Source: Omnitrophica WOR_2 bacterium RIFOXYA2_FULL_38_17 (GTDB taxonomy: Bacteria > Omnitrophota > Gorgyraeia > Zapsychrales > Zapsychraceae). Taken from it: a stretch of 64,000 nt of DNA. Each line of letters starts with the position of its first letter. The stretch's first letter is position 1. This document shows positions 29,709 through 39,777 of the stretch, piece by piece. The stretch spans positions 8,826 to 72,825 of the forward strand of contig MHHG01000075.1 in NCBI GenBank assembly GCA_001805965.1, given 5' to 3'. The notes beneath the pieces were generated by a model. That model was not told where the DNA came from, did not search any database, and worked only from the letters and a program-made list of their open reading frames with translations. Made by a program: the position numbers and the translations under genes.

Positions 29709-29819
29709 TTAGGGGTAATAATTTATAATTATTATTCCAACAAGGTCATTTCAACCTTCAAAGCGTTTTCCTGATAGGGCAACACCGCGGATTATTATGA
29801 TCACTAAATACTGATTGCC

Positions 29820-30116
29820 TTAATACCTTTTCCCTGCTCTCTCTATTATGGGTATCGTCTTTTTTGAAAGGTGATTATACAGAAGTTCCAGTATCTTAGC
29901 TTTGTCAGTCAAACATTTTACCTCCTGCCAACTGTTAACTCTGCCGCTTCTTTCATAAATCAACTTCTTCCTGCCTACTACTAAGAATATACATATTTTT
30001 TTAGAAAGCTTATTCCTGGACATTACAAAATAATTTCCTGATCCTTCCAGGATCAATATATGCTCAAATACAATGTTTTCATATTGGCCCAAAAAATCCC
30101 TATTATTAACGACCAT
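29820..30116 (-). CDS. Hypothetical protein
   Basis: 98-aa ORF with AAAGGAAA RBS. No recognisable motif. Confidence 0.5.
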   Translation of the reverse strand: MVVNNRDFLGQYENIVFEHILILEGSGNYFVMSRNKLSKKICIFLVVGRKKLIYERSGRVNSWQEVKCLTDKAKILELLYNHLSKKTIPIIERAGKRY

Positions 30117-30177
30117 ATTAATTTCCTTTCCTTTGCTCCCCTCTACTTTTTATACGTATAAAAAGACAAAAAGTTAC

Positions 30178-30214
30178 AAAAAAAAGGGGGATAGGCCCTT
30201 TTAGACCTATCCCC
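30178..30214 (-). terminator. Intrinsic terminator after the SPFH gene
   Basis: GGGGATAGG-loop-CCTATCCCC followed by a T run on the minus strand. Confidence 0.8.
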
Positions 30215-30234
30215 ATATGTTCATAAATAAATTA

Positions 30235-31089
30235 TCAATGATTGTTCATTGGTATTGGGGTTATCCCTGCCATTTCGCCAATAACATTAACCAGTCCTTT
30301 GTCTGTAGGAACAATTATTTTTGAATTATCTTTAAGCGCATTCTCCAATGCTTGTAATTTTCTCAATACCTGAGCGTTACCAACAAAATACCTTTCAGCT
30401 GCTTCATTGACCAAGCGAATAGCTTCAGCTTCACCTTCAGCTGTAAGAATATTAGCCTGCTTTACACCTTCTGCTTTTTTAATAGCAGCTCTCTTATCAC
30501 CATCCGCCACAGTTTCTTTTGCAGTTGCATAATCAATAGCCGCTATCTTTTCGTTCTCTGCTTTAACAACTTTATTCATCGTCTCCTGAACATCCTTTGG
30601 AGGATCAATTTCCTTAAGCTCAGTACGGACTATCGAGATTCCCCAAGTCTGCGTTTCTTCCTTAAGAGTATTATGAAGCTCATTATTAATTTTACCTCTC
30701 TCGCTATTGGCAGACTTAAGCGTCAGGGTGCCTATAATATTACGCAGCGTTGTTCTTGCCAAATTAACTATCTGCCATCTGTAATTATTGACATTGTACT
30801 GTGATGCCTTAATGCTTATTTCGTCATCCTTTATCTTATAATAAACCTGAGCATCCACTCTCGCATTTAAATTATCATTTGTAATGATCTCTTGCGGCTC
30901 AGCATCGGCCATTTGCTCAGTAATATTAACCAAGAACAATCTATCGATCAAAGGTATGATCCAGTGAAATCCAGGATTAGCAAGCCTATTATATTTTCCA
31001 AAGCGCTCAATTAATCCTCTGCTTGTTGGCCTGACAATTCGTACCCCCAAGAAAAACAATACGACAACTACAATCAGTGCTATTATCAT
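30235..31089 (-). CDS. SPFH/band 7 (stomatin-like) protein
   Basis: GLIERFGKY..L.PG...IP..D, QEIIT.DN....VDA, TLRNIIG.L.L, WGI.I.R.ELKEIDPP. Confidence 0.95.
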   Translation of the reverse strand: MIIALIVVVVLFFLGVRIVRPTSRGLIERFGKYNRLANPGFHWIIPLIDRLFLVNITEQMADAEPQEIITNDNLNARVDAQVYYKIKDDEISIKASQYNVNNYRWQIVNLARTTLRNIIGTLTLKSANSERGKINNELHNTLKEETQTWGISIVRTELKEIDPPKDVQETMNKVVKAENEKIAAIDYATAKETVADGDKRAAIKKAEGVKQANILTAEGEAEAIRLVNEAAERYFVGNAQVLRKLQALENALKDNSKIIVPTDKGLVNVIGEMAGITPIPMNNH

Positions 31090-31165
31090 AACCTTCCTCC
31101 TTTATTTGATTATTACTGTGCACTACAAAAAACGAATCCATATTAGCAGCAAAATACCTACTAAA

Positions 31166-32020
31166 TTAATTTTCTGCTTCCATATTCAGGTCCTCAGCTG
31201 CCTCTTCTGATCCAGTATCATCTGTTTCCTCCTCAGATTTAACTTCAGCAGTTGAGTCTCCATCATAAATTACAACATCAGTTTCTAGTGCTGTAGGCTC
31301 TTGCGCCTCTTCCTGATCTTCAAGCTCTTCCCTGTTTCCTTGACCTACAAGATCCCCAGAATCTTCCTGATCTTCAAGTACTTCCATATTTCCCTGGCCT
31401 TCAAGCTCTCCAGCATCTCCCTGATCATCAAGTTCTTCCATATCTCCCTGATCTTCCATTTCCTCAGAATCTCCCTGATCATCAAGCTCTTCCATATCGC
31501 CTTGATCTTGAAGTTCCTCAGCACTTTCAATGTCCTCAGTCTCATCATCTGCTATCTGCTCTTCATTTCGCTGAGGAATATCCGCTTCTTCCATGTTTTC
31601 AGCATCCTCAACTTCAACAGCAGAATCATCCATCACTTCATTGCTTGCCGGCTCAAGAACATCTTCAGCATTATCTGTCCCTTCCTCTATCATAGGCTTA
31701 TTTACTTTAACAACAATATCCTGGTCTTGAACAAGCCCTGTGTCTTCTTCAACAATAGCGGACCCTCCTGCTTCTTCAGCAACATCAGAAGGAACCTCTG
31801 CTTTAACTGCCACATCTTCTTTTTGATTAGAATCATTAATGCTTTCAATTTCGTCAGTATAGAGAACCAACTCTATTCCATCAACTTCAACTTTGACAAA
31901 ATCATCTGTTCTTTGCACTATAGTTGCCTCAATAACTTTTCCCGATTTTAATGTAATAATATCAGCATTAGCAAAAGATGTAAGGGCTAAAAAAATCACG
32001 ATCAAAAACAGCTTTCTCAT
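31166..32020 (-). CDS. Secreted highly acidic protein with 9-aa tandem repeats
   Basis: Signal peptide (ANA), small beta domain DIITLKSGKVIEATIV, long D/E-rich tail, AGGAGA RBS. Confidence 0.8.
   Translation of the reverse strand: MRKLFLIVIFLALTSFANADIITLKSGKVIEATIVQRTDDFVKVEVDGIELVLYTDEIESINDSNQKEDVAVKAEVPSDVAEEAGGSAIVEEDTGLVQDQDIVVKVNKPMIEEGTDNAEDVLEPASNEVMDDSAVEVEDAENMEEADIPQRNEEQIADDETEDIESAEELQDQGDMEELDDQGDSEEMEDQGDMEELDDQGDAGELEGQGNMEVLEDQEDSGDLVGQGNREELEDQEEAQEPTALETDVVIYDGDSTAEVKSEEETDDTGSEEAAEDLNMEAEN
31304..31519 (-). repeat. Eight degenerate 27-nt coding tandem repeats (EELxDQGDx)
   Basis: EELQDQGDM EELDDQGDS EEMEDQGDM EELDDQGDA GELEGQGNM EVLEDQEDS GDLVGQGNR EELEDQEEA. Confidence 0.85.
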
Positions 32021-32106
32021 TTAAATCTCCTTTTTTTATTTTTATAAAAATTAATATGATAAGCATTATACCCTACAATCTTTCAATAGCAAAAGATAAA
32101 AATTGC

Positions 32107-33678
32107 TTACTTTTTTATCCTAAAACCAATGCCTATTCTTAATAAAACGATAAATATATAATATAATGCAACATGCACCAATGAAATTCTTTCAATGTAA
32201 AAATATGCCCCCGGCATTTTACTGAATAAAAATATAAGTCCTACCTTAATATTCAAGACCAACTTAAGGCATTGGGCAAAAAACACTGCACCTGATGGAA
32301 CAAATGATGATATTAAAAGCATACCAAAGCCCAACGCGACGACAACGCTCAACAATGGAACTATAAGAATATTGGCAACTATCGTTACCGGCGTAACCAT
32401 CTGAAAATAATATGCTATCGCACCAGCAACACCTATCCAAACAGCCAATGAAACACAAAACAGCTTTACAACAACTTGTACAATAAAGATCCTGTTATCT
32501 GCAAATATCATTTTTGCAGATCTTTCAAACAACGGATAAAACCAGAATATTGCAACAACACAAATGTATGAAAGCTGAAATCCAACGTCAAAAATATTAT
32601 ATGGATTCACCGTTAGAAGCATCAACGCGCTGAGGCTTAACATGCTTATAAAATCAGATTCTCTTTCAATGGCAATACCAATAAGTATAGTTACCGTCAT
32701 CACTGTCGCACGAACAACTGAAGGCCTCGCCTCAACAACGATCATATAGGCTATCAGCATAATCACCGTTGCTACCAGCTTACATCTTCTATTAATCGGT
32801 AAGATCCTAAAAAACATAAAAAAACATCCTGCAACAATGCCAACGTGCAACCCGCTGATTGCAAGGATGTGGGCTGTCCCTGTTTTAACAAATAACTCTC
32901 TGATATGCACAGGTATATTAGACCTGTCCCCCAGCAAAATAGCACACATCAATCCGGATTCGTTTTCGGTCAAATTGTCCGTGAATTTCTTCTTGAGATA
33001 TTCTCTCAGCCTGAAAACATTCGCTTTAAACCTGCTACCTTGATTCCTCTTTAATATTTCTACCGGCGCATTTTTCTTAACGCTCAATATCAATTTGATC
33101 GATTGCCTGTTTAAATATTCCCTGTAGGAAAACCTGCCAGTCTTTGCAAATTCATAAGGCTTGTGCAGCTTGCCCGAAAACTTAACAATGTCTCCGTAAT
33201 TAATATTAGTTGCCCCAAAAATATCAACCAATATTTGCCCGGTTTTTTTATGCCAACCCCAGGGAGATTTTATCGCTTGTACATCCAGGACAAACGATGT
33301 TTTAACTCCCTGCAAAGAATCCTTTCTCGTAACATTCGATATTACCAGGCCTTTTACCTCTACAGGCCCGTCCCTATAATATTTGGCAACATGATAAACA
33401 TGATCCCCTTGCAGCTCTTTTTGGGCCTGGCATAAGAACCACCCTAAACAAAATACCGTGACCAGTAGAATTAAACCTGAAACAAAACTTTCTTTCTTGG
33501 TAATCAAAGTGACAATCAAGAGAAAACATATCAGAAAAAACAAAACATCCAGCTGAAAATGACAATACTCCCCTGCAATAATCCCTAATGCCAATGAAAC
33601 AACAACCCCGAGAAGTGGATTCCTTACAATAACTTTATCACTATCCGTTCTACTTTTAACATCTTGAAACATCAGCAT
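32107..33678 (-). CDS. comEC: ComEC/Rec2 competence channel (no C-terminal metallo-beta-lactamase domain)
   Basis: LLGDRS, TGTAHILAISGLHVG, PSVVRA.VM, GFQLSY. Confidence 0.93.
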   Translation of the reverse strand: MLMFQDVKSRTDSDKVIVRNPLLGVVVSLALGIIAGEYCHFQLDVLFFLICFLLIVTLITKKESFVSGLILLVTVFCLGWFLCQAQKELQGDHVYHVAKYYRDGPVEVKGLVISNVTRKDSLQGVKTSFVLDVQAIKSPWGWHKKTGQILVDIFGATNINYGDIVKFSGKLHKPYEFAKTGRFSYREYLNRQSIKLILSVKKNAPVEILKRNQGSRFKANVFRLREYLKKKFTDNLTENESGLMCAILLGDRSNIPVHIRELFVKTGTAHILAISGLHVGIVAGCFFMFFRILPINRRCKLVATVIMLIAYMIVVEARPSVVRATVMTVTILIGIAIERESDFISMLSLSALMLLTVNPYNIFDVGFQLSYICVVAIFWFYPLFERSAKMIFADNRIFIVQVVVKLFCVSLAVWIGVAGAIAYYFQMVTPVTIVANILIVPLLSVVVALGFGMLLISSFVPSGAVFFAQCLKLVLNIKVGLIFLFSKMPGAYFYIERISLVHVALYYIFIVLLRIGIGFRIKK

Positions 33679-33724
33679 AATTAATAATTCCTTTTTAACA
33701 CCAGGCTAATGCGAATATGGCCGA

Positions 33725-34063
33725 CTATTTTATAAATAAATATTTTGAGAAATGCAGGTAGTTCTTGTCCCTTATCCCTTTTACATTTTTTATCTGCTCC
33801 AAGCTTTTAAAGGGCCCGTTCTTTCTCCTGTACTCAACAATATTATTGGCTGTATATTCCCCTATATACGGGACAACAACTAGCTCTTGGGCTGTAGCTT
33901 TATTAATATCAACTTTTGGATAAATTTTATCGCTATCGATAACATTGACAATATCTGTTAAAAACGGATACTTCTTGAACGCCAGCTGCAGTGCTGCCCC
34001 AGAAAAAACAACAGCAATGAACAAAACCAGCACAAGCTTTTCCTGTTTCGTAAAACTGAACAT
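33725..34063 (-). CDS. comEA: ComEA-family helix-hairpin-helix DNA receptor
   Basis: N-terminal TM, VDINKAT..EL..VPYIG...A..IV.YR..NGPF.S.E.I.NVKGI. Confidence 0.9.
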   Translation of the reverse strand: MFSFTKQEKLVLVLFIAVVFSGAALQLAFKKYPFLTDIVNVIDSDKIYPKVDINKATAQELVVVPYIGEYTANNIVEYRRKNGPFKSLEQIKNVKGIRDKNYLHFSKYLFIK

Positions 34064-34174
34064 TATTTACACTTCTCTTTTGGAGGGAGAACCGGGGGAT
34101 TCAACATGCTTTAGCATATTACAAATAGGGCATTGCTACAATCAAACCAACTCTGCGGTATCCTTGGGGGACAG

Positions 34175-34198
34175 TGACAAAACATAAGTTTTGTCACA
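34175..34198. promoter_or_regulatory. Perfect palindrome upstream of comEA (candidate operator or hairpin)
   Basis: GTGACAAAAC-ATAA-GTTTTGTCAC. Confidence 0.45.
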
Positions 34199-34275
34199 AC
34201 AGTCAATTTTTAAGGACATGAAATTCCCGCTGCCTCAACGGATCTTCATGAACAAAAATCACCGAAAGTTTATGC

Positions 34276-36747
34276 TTAAACAACTATGTTAACCAACTTA
34301 CCTTGAACATAAATAAATTTTCTAACAGGCTTATCCGCGACCCATTGCCGGATCTTGTCATCAGCCAGAACGATCTCTTTAAGCTGATCCTCAGTACTAT
34401 CAGCAGCAACCTCAAACTTTCCACGAAGCTTTCCATTGATCTGGACAATTATCTGAATATTGTCTTGCACAAGAGCTGTTTCATCATATTGGGGCCATTT
34501 AACATCCATAATAGTTTTCTCTTTATTGCCTAACCTCTGCCACAACTCTTCACAAATATGAGGGACAAAAGGAGATAATAACAAAACCAGCTTCCTTCCA
34601 ACTTCATTAATTAACGATTGCTTCTGTTGGGCATATTTATATTTCGCAATATGATTCATTAAGATCATGATACTGCTAATCGCTGTATTAAATTTATAAT
34701 TTTCAATATCTTCTGTTACCTTTTTGATAGTGACGTTGAGGGCCCTGTTCAATTTCTTATCTTCATCATCCATCAAACTTTTATCCAAATCCTCCTGACA
34801 ATCAGGGTCACATTGATCCTCAACAAACCTCTCAACCCTGCTCAAGAACTTCCATGAGCCATCAACCGCGCCGTCATTCCATTCTAATTGATCTTCCGGC
34901 GGAGCCGCAAATAAAATACAAAGCCTTAATGAGTCCGCTCCGTATTTTGCTATAACCGAATCCGGGTCAACTGTGTTACCTCTTGATTTGGACATTACCT
35001 CTCCGTCCTTCAAAACCATGCCCTGAGTAAGAAGCCTGATGAACGGCTCATCAAAATCAATGAGACCAAGGTCCTTAAAGAACTTCGTGAAGAATCTGGA
35101 ATATAAAAGATGAAGGATCGCATGCTCTATTCCTCCAATATACTGGTCAACTTCCATCCAGTATGCCGCTTCCTCTTTATCAAAAACCTGGGTTGCATCC
35201 TTAGCCGAACAATATCTTAAGTAATACCAGGATGAATCAAAGAAAGTTGCCATAGTGTCTGTTTCACGGCGGGCATCTTTGCCGCATGCCGGACATTTAA
35301 CATCAGTGAACTCTTGTACATGACTTAGCGGGCTTCCACCCTCGCCAGTGATCTTAATATTCTTAGGCAACACAACAGGGAGATCTTCATCCGGCACCGG
35401 AACAATGCCGCAAGCATCACAATAAATAACAGGAATAGGCGTTCCCCAATATCTCTGGCGGGAGATCAGCCAGTCACGAAGACGCCAGTGAAGGCTTATC
35501 TTCCCTGTGCCTTCTTTTTCCATCCATTTGCCGATCTTTTCGATCGCTTCAATATTGTTTACACCATTGAACTGGGCAGAATTTACCAAGACTCCCTGCT
35601 CAACATAAGCACAATCCATTTCATCAGCTGTAATTTTAGGATTTGCAGGGTCCTGAATAACTATACGCAAAGGCAGGTCATTTTCCTTGGCAAAAAGAAA
35701 ATCCCTCTGGTCATGCGTAGGAACAGCCATGATCGCGCCAGTTCCATATCCCATCAGCACATAATCAGCGATCCAGATCGGGACTTCTTCGCCATTAACA
35801 GGATTAATGGCATATTTTCCGGTAAAGACGCCTTCTTTCTTTTGGTCTCCAGAAACCCTTAAGCTCATGCTTTCATTTGCGACCTTCTCAATGAACGCGT
35901 TAACAACCTGCTCTTTATCCGTTCCTTTTGTGATTTTTTTAACAAGAGGATGCTCCGGTGCCAGCACAACATATGTTGCTCCAAAAATAGTATCCGCCCT
36001 GGTAGTAAACACTGTTATATTCTCGTCAGATCCTTTTATCTTAAATAACATATCCACGCCATGGCTTTTGCCGATCCAGTTCTCCTGCATTGCAATAACA
36101 CGGCTTGGCCACTTATCCAGCGTTTTTAAATCTTCTAGAAGCTTGTAGCTGTACTCCGTAATTTTCAAATACCATTGGCTAAGGTCTTTTTGCACAACCT
36201 GAGTTTTACATCTCCAGCATTCGCCATTAATGACCTCTTCATTGGCCAGTGTAGTCTCGCAATCGGGGCACCAGTTAACGGATGATGCTTTCTTATAGGC
36301 AAGCCCTCGCTCCATCATCTGCTTAAATATCCACTGGTTCCATTTGTAATATTCCTCATCACATGTTGCGAGCTCACGGTCCCAATCATATGAGAATCCC
36401 ATGCGTTTTAGGTTGGTCCTCATCTCAGCTATACATCTGTATGTCCACTCGGAAGGGTCTATGCCATTTTTAATTGCAGCATTTTCGGCAGGCTGGCCAA
36501 AAGCATCATATCCCATAGGATGAAGGACATTATAGCCCTGGCTCATTCTAAAGCGTGCCATGCAATCCGCTATTGTATAATTCCTGACATGCCCCATATG
36601 TATCTTTCCCGACGGATAAGGGAACATTTCAAGGACATAATATTTTTCTTTATCAGGGTCTTTCTCAGCCTTGAATATCTTGTGCTCATCCCAATACTTC
36701 TGCCATTTTTCTTCTATACTGTGGATTTCATGTGTGCTGTATGCCAT
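34276..36747 (-). CDS. leuS: Leucyl-tRNA synthetase
   Basis: MFPYPSG.IHMGH, DWLISRQRYWG, YIGGIEHAILHL, MSKS. Confidence 0.99.
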   Translation of the reverse strand: MAYSTHEIHSIEEKWQKYWDEHKIFKAEKDPDKEKYYVLEMFPYPSGKIHMGHVRNYTIADCMARFRMSQGYNVLHPMGYDAFGQPAENAAIKNGIDPSEWTYRCIAEMRTNLKRMGFSYDWDRELATCDEEYYKWNQWIFKQMMERGLAYKKASSVNWCPDCETTLANEEVINGECWRCKTQVVQKDLSQWYLKITEYSYKLLEDLKTLDKWPSRVIAMQENWIGKSHGVDMLFKIKGSDENITVFTTRADTIFGATYVVLAPEHPLVKKITKGTDKEQVVNAFIEKVANESMSLRVSGDQKKEGVFTGKYAINPVNGEEVPIWIADYVLMGYGTGAIMAVPTHDQRDFLFAKENDLPLRIVIQDPANPKITADEMDCAYVEQGVLVNSAQFNGVNNIEAIEKIGKWMEKEGTGKISLHWRLRDWLISRQRYWGTPIPVIYCDACGIVPVPDEDLPVVLPKNIKITGEGGSPLSHVQEFTDVKCPACGKDARRETDTMATFFDSSWYYLRYCSAKDATQVFDKEEAAYWMEVDQYIGGIEHAILHLLYSRFFTKFFKDLGLIDFDEPFIRLLTQGMVLKDGEVMSKSRGNTVDPDSVIAKYGADSLRLCILFAAPPEDQLEWNDGAVDGSWKFLSRVERFVEDQCDPDCQEDLDKSLMDDEDKKLNRALNVTIKKVTEDIENYKFNTAISSIMILMNHIAKYKYAQQKQSLINEVGRKLVLLLSPFVPHICEELWQRLGNKEKTIMDVKWPQYDETALVQDNIQIIVQINGKLRGKFEVAADSTEDQLKEIVLADDKIRQWVADKPVRKFIYVQGKLVNIVV

Positions 36748-36847
36748 AAACCTTAAAAACCTTTTCTTTTATTTTTGCTTTTTCATATTCATAAACAATA
36801 TTTGTACTTTATACTATAAAATCACTTAAAAAGCCATTAATTAATCT

Positions 36848-37045
36848 CTAGCGGATAAACAACAAGACAAAACAGAGCAAAACGAAAAAAACCAAAAAGA
36901 ACCAAACAACCCTGTTATTTGCATACTTTATCCTGCTTATAAAACCTTTTCCCGCCCTTTGAAGGCTGTCGCCACAAAAATGGCACAAAATCGCATCTTC
37001 ATCATAAATTGGATTATTACAGTTTGGGCAAATATATTCGCTCAT
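36848..37045 (-). CDS. Small zinc-ribbon protein with C-terminal TM helix
   Basis: CPNC...CHFCG, hydrophobic C-terminus, AGGAGG RBS. Confidence 0.8.
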   Translation of the reverse strand: MSEYICPNCNNPIYDEDAILCHFCGDSLQRAGKGFISRIKYANNRVVWFFLVFFVLLCFVLLFIR

Positions 37046-37138
37046 AATGACCTCCTGATTTTATCTATTCTACAATAAAATCACTGAATTTGCACAAATA
37101 TACGAAGATTATCAACAGCCTCCTGGCATTTTTGCCTA

Positions 37139-37167
37139 TTGCTTTTTATTAAGAACTGTTCTATTAT
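37139..37167 (+). promoter_or_regulatory. Sigma70 promoter directly before thiS (leaderless)
   Basis: TTGCTT-17 nt-TATTAT, then 7 nt to ATG 37175. No SD. Confidence 0.7.
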
Positions 37168-37174
37168 GTTGTCT

Positions 37175-37375
37175 ATGAAAATCACAGTAAACGGACAAGA
37201 AAAGGTCTTTGAGTCCTCTTTATCTCTTGAAAACCTTATAGAAAACCTCAGCCAAAACAAGGATCATGTAATAGCCGAGTTGAACGGAAATATAATCAAG
37301 TCCAGCAAATGGTTAAGTACTGCCATATCTGACGGTGATGCAATTGAATTAGTCACTTTTGTTGGAGGTGGATAA
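37175..37375 (+). CDS. thiS: Sulfur carrier protein ThiS
   Basis: MKITVNG...ELNG.II...[12 protein letters not shown] with C-terminal diglycine. Confidence 0.95.
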   Translation: MKITVNGQEKVFESSLSLENLIENLSQNKDHVIAELNGNIIKSSKWLSTAISDGDAIELVTFVGGG

Positions 37376-37376
37376 A

Positions 37377-38186
37377 TTGCAGGGTAACAATTCTAACCAT
37401 ATTATAGCTCAAGATCATCCTTTAGAGATTGCAGGAAAAAAATTTACTAATAGATTCCTTCTTGGAACAGGTAAATTCAAGAACAAGCAAGAGCTAGCAG
37501 ATTGCATTCAATCATCAGGAACTCAAATTGTAACCGTTGCCTTAAGAAGGATAGACCTTGAACAAAGCGGTGAAAGCATTCTTCCGTACATTCCAAAAGA
37601 TGTCATTATTTTAACAAACACTTCAGGGGCAAGAAACGCTCAGGAAGCTGTTAGGATCGCCCGGCTGGCAAAAGAATCAGGCTGCGGGAACTGGGTCAAG
37701 ATCGAAGTTATAAATGATTCGAAATACCTGCTTCCTGATAATAATGAAACCATAAAAGCAACTGAAATATTAGCTTCAGAAGGCTTTGTGGTCTTGCCCT
37801 ATATAACACCGGACCTTTATGCAGCGAGGGCCTTAGTTAAAGCCGGAGCTGCCACGGTCATGCCTCTTGCTTCTCTTATCGGAAGCAACCAGGGCCTCAA
37901 GGCAAAAGAGTTCATCAAAATACTTATTGAAGAAATGGATGTCCCCATTATCGTAGATGCAGGAATAGGCGCGCCTTCGCAAGCGGCTGAAACAATGGAA
38001 ATGGGCGCCGATGCTGTTTTAGTCAACACTGCCGTTGCGACATCAGCCAATCCGGCACTTGCAGCAAAAGCTTTTTCTCTGGCTATTGAAGCTGGCCGGT
38101 TAGCTTACATAAGCCGGCTACCAAAGCAAAAAGACATAGCCGATGCCTCATCTCCTTTGACGGGATTCCTATTTGAAATATCCTAA
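37377..38186 (+). CDS. thiG: Thiazole synthase
   Basis: [38 protein letters not shown]...IGS, VDAGIG.PS. TTG start inferred from GGAGG. Confidence 0.97.
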   Translation: MQGNNSNHIIAQDHPLEIAGKKFTNRFLLGTGKFKNKQELADCIQSSGTQIVTVALRRIDLEQSGESILPYIPKDVIILTNTSGARNAQEAVRIARLAKESGCGNWVKIEVINDSKYLLPDNNETIKATEILASEGFVVLPYITPDLYAARALVKAGAATVMPLASLIGSNQGLKAKEFIKILIEEMDVPIIVDAGIGAPSQAAETMEMGADAVLVNTAVATSANPALAAKAFSLAIEAGRLAYISRLPKQKDIADASSPLTGFLFEIS

Positions 38187-38191
38187 TTGCC

Positions 38192-39214
38192 ATGATCACA
38201 CAAAAAGAAATCAATGATATCCTTAATGATAAAAGCCCGGAATCTGTAGAAGCCCTTGCAAATGCCGCAAGAAAAATCACAGAACAATATTTCGGCAGGA
38301 CAATATCCCTTTATACCCCTTTATATTTGTCAAATTATTGCAGCAGCAAGTGTACTTACTGCGGGTTCAACAGCCATAACCGCATTAGCAGAATAAAACT
38401 TAACAGTGATCAAATGCATCAAGAGATGTCACACATTGCAAACACTGGCATTGAGAACATTCTTTTGCTTACAGGCGAGTCATATCAGGCAACTCCTCTA
38501 TCATATCTTAAGGAAGCCATAACTATTGCAAAACAATATTTCCCGAGCATAAGTTTAGAAATCCATCCTTTGGAAACTGCAGAATACCAAGACCTTTATT
38601 GTGCAGGCGCAGACGGAATCACTGTATATCAAGAAACATATGACAAAATTCGCTACAGCCAAGTACATATCTCCGGGAAAAAAAGTGATTATGCTTACAG
38701 GCTGTCAACTCCTCAAAGAATTGCTGAAGCGGGCATTAGGCAGATCTCGCTAGGTATACTGTTAGGCCTTGGTGATGTTAAATACGATCTTTGTTCCTTA
38801 TATGCACATTTGAAGAAAATGGAAAGTGCTTTTCCCGGCATTGAATATAGCCTGTCTTTTCCGAGGCTTCGCAAGATCAAAGGCCAGGATTTTGCGGTCT
38901 GCGACATTGATGATATCACATTCATCAAGATCATTTGTTTAACCCGCACCCTTTTCCCCCGAGTCGGCATAAACCTTTCTACCCGCGAGAAACCCTTGCT
39001 TAGGGATCATGCAATATCCCTGGGAATCACAAGAATGTCTGCAGGGTCAGCAACATGCGTAGGTGGTTATCACCTTCTAACTGCTGAGAATCAAGACCCT
39101 CAGTTCGATGTTGAAGATTCACGCTCAGTAGGCGAAATAGTAAACATGCTAAAAAGCAAAAACTACGATCCTGTGATGACCGACTGGCGCAGAATTGAAA
39201 ATATACCCGCATAA
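38192..39214 (+). CDS. thiH: 2-iminoacetate synthase (radical SAM tyrosine lyase)
   Basis: LYTPLYLSNYCSSKCTYCGF, LLTGE, YQETY, SFPRLR, LSTRE, QF.V.D.R. Follows thiG. Confidence 0.93.
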   Translation: MITQKEINDILNDKSPESVEALANAARKITEQYFGRTISLYTPLYLSNYCSSKCTYCGFNSHNRISRIKLNSDQMHQEMSHIANTGIENILLLTGESYQATPLSYLKEAITIAKQYFPSISLEIHPLETAEYQDLYCAGADGITVYQETYDKIRYSQVHISGKKSDYAYRLSTPQRIAEAGIRQISLGILLGLGDVKYDLCSLYAHLKKMESAFPGIEYSLSFPRLRKIKGQDFAVCDIDDITFIKIICLTRTLFPRVGINLSTREKPLLRDHAISLGITRMSAGSATCVGGYHLLTAENQDPQFDVEDSRSVGEIVNMLKSKNYDPVMTDWRRIENIPA

Positions 39215-39351
39215 AAAGCACCCTTTGGCCCTTTCTTATGAACAAAACCCGGCAACTGATAAGTTTGCGCGTACTGATTCCATATGTTACATTTTACTGT
39301 AGAATTTTCACCGGAGAAATCTAGGGCAAAAACATCTTACGGAGAAAGATC

Positions 39352-39624
39352 ATGAAGAACTTGTTATGTTTGCTTTTTACAATATTTATCTTGCAGGGAT
39401 GCGCTACTGTTAAAACAGCTCAAATTAACACCGGAATGAACAAAGATCAGGTTATTGAAACCTGGGGCCAGCCTCGCTCTATACAGACCGCAAAGAATAG
39501 CGCCCAAAGGAACAATTTCACTGAAAAGTGGTATTATTATAAACAAAAAGACGGCAAGACAAAACTTCCTGAAAAATCCATCATCTTTGAGGATGGAAAA
39601 GTATCTTATGCCTTTATTTATTGA
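39352..39624 (+). CDS. Small lipoprotein, SmpA/OmlA(BamE)-like
   Basis: Lipobox LQGC, I.TGM.K.QV...WG.P, E.WYY, F..GKV. Confidence 0.75.
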   Translation: MKNLLCLLFTIFILQGCATVKTAQINTGMNKDQVIETWGQPRSIQTAKNSAQRNNFTEKWYYYKQKDGKTKLPEKSIIFEDGKVSYAFIY

Positions 39625-39632
39625 TCATTAAG

Positions 39633-39680
39633 AACTGGCCTTTGATATATATGCTGTTTATCGGAGGTCAGTTTTTTATT
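39633..39680 (+). terminator. Intrinsic terminator
   Basis: AACTGGCCTTTGATA-loop-TATCGGAGGTCAGTT followed by a T run. Confidence 0.7.
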
Positions 39681-39777
39681 TAGTTCTTTACCTCGCTCCT
39701 GATCTTTTCACTTGTCTTTAAATACAAATGCATTTAGAATTACCCTAATCAAACAATAGACATACAAAGGTCCCTTT

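Noticed and set aside
31304-31519. 27-nt repeats as a possible CRISPR array
   Set aside because: Head-to-tail, in-frame coding repeats with no unique spacers, and no cas genes in the window.
31301-31951. 216-aa + strand ORF rich in F/L/I
   Set aside because: Antisense shadow of the acidic repeat gene: GAA/GAT codons read as TTC/ATC. No RBS.
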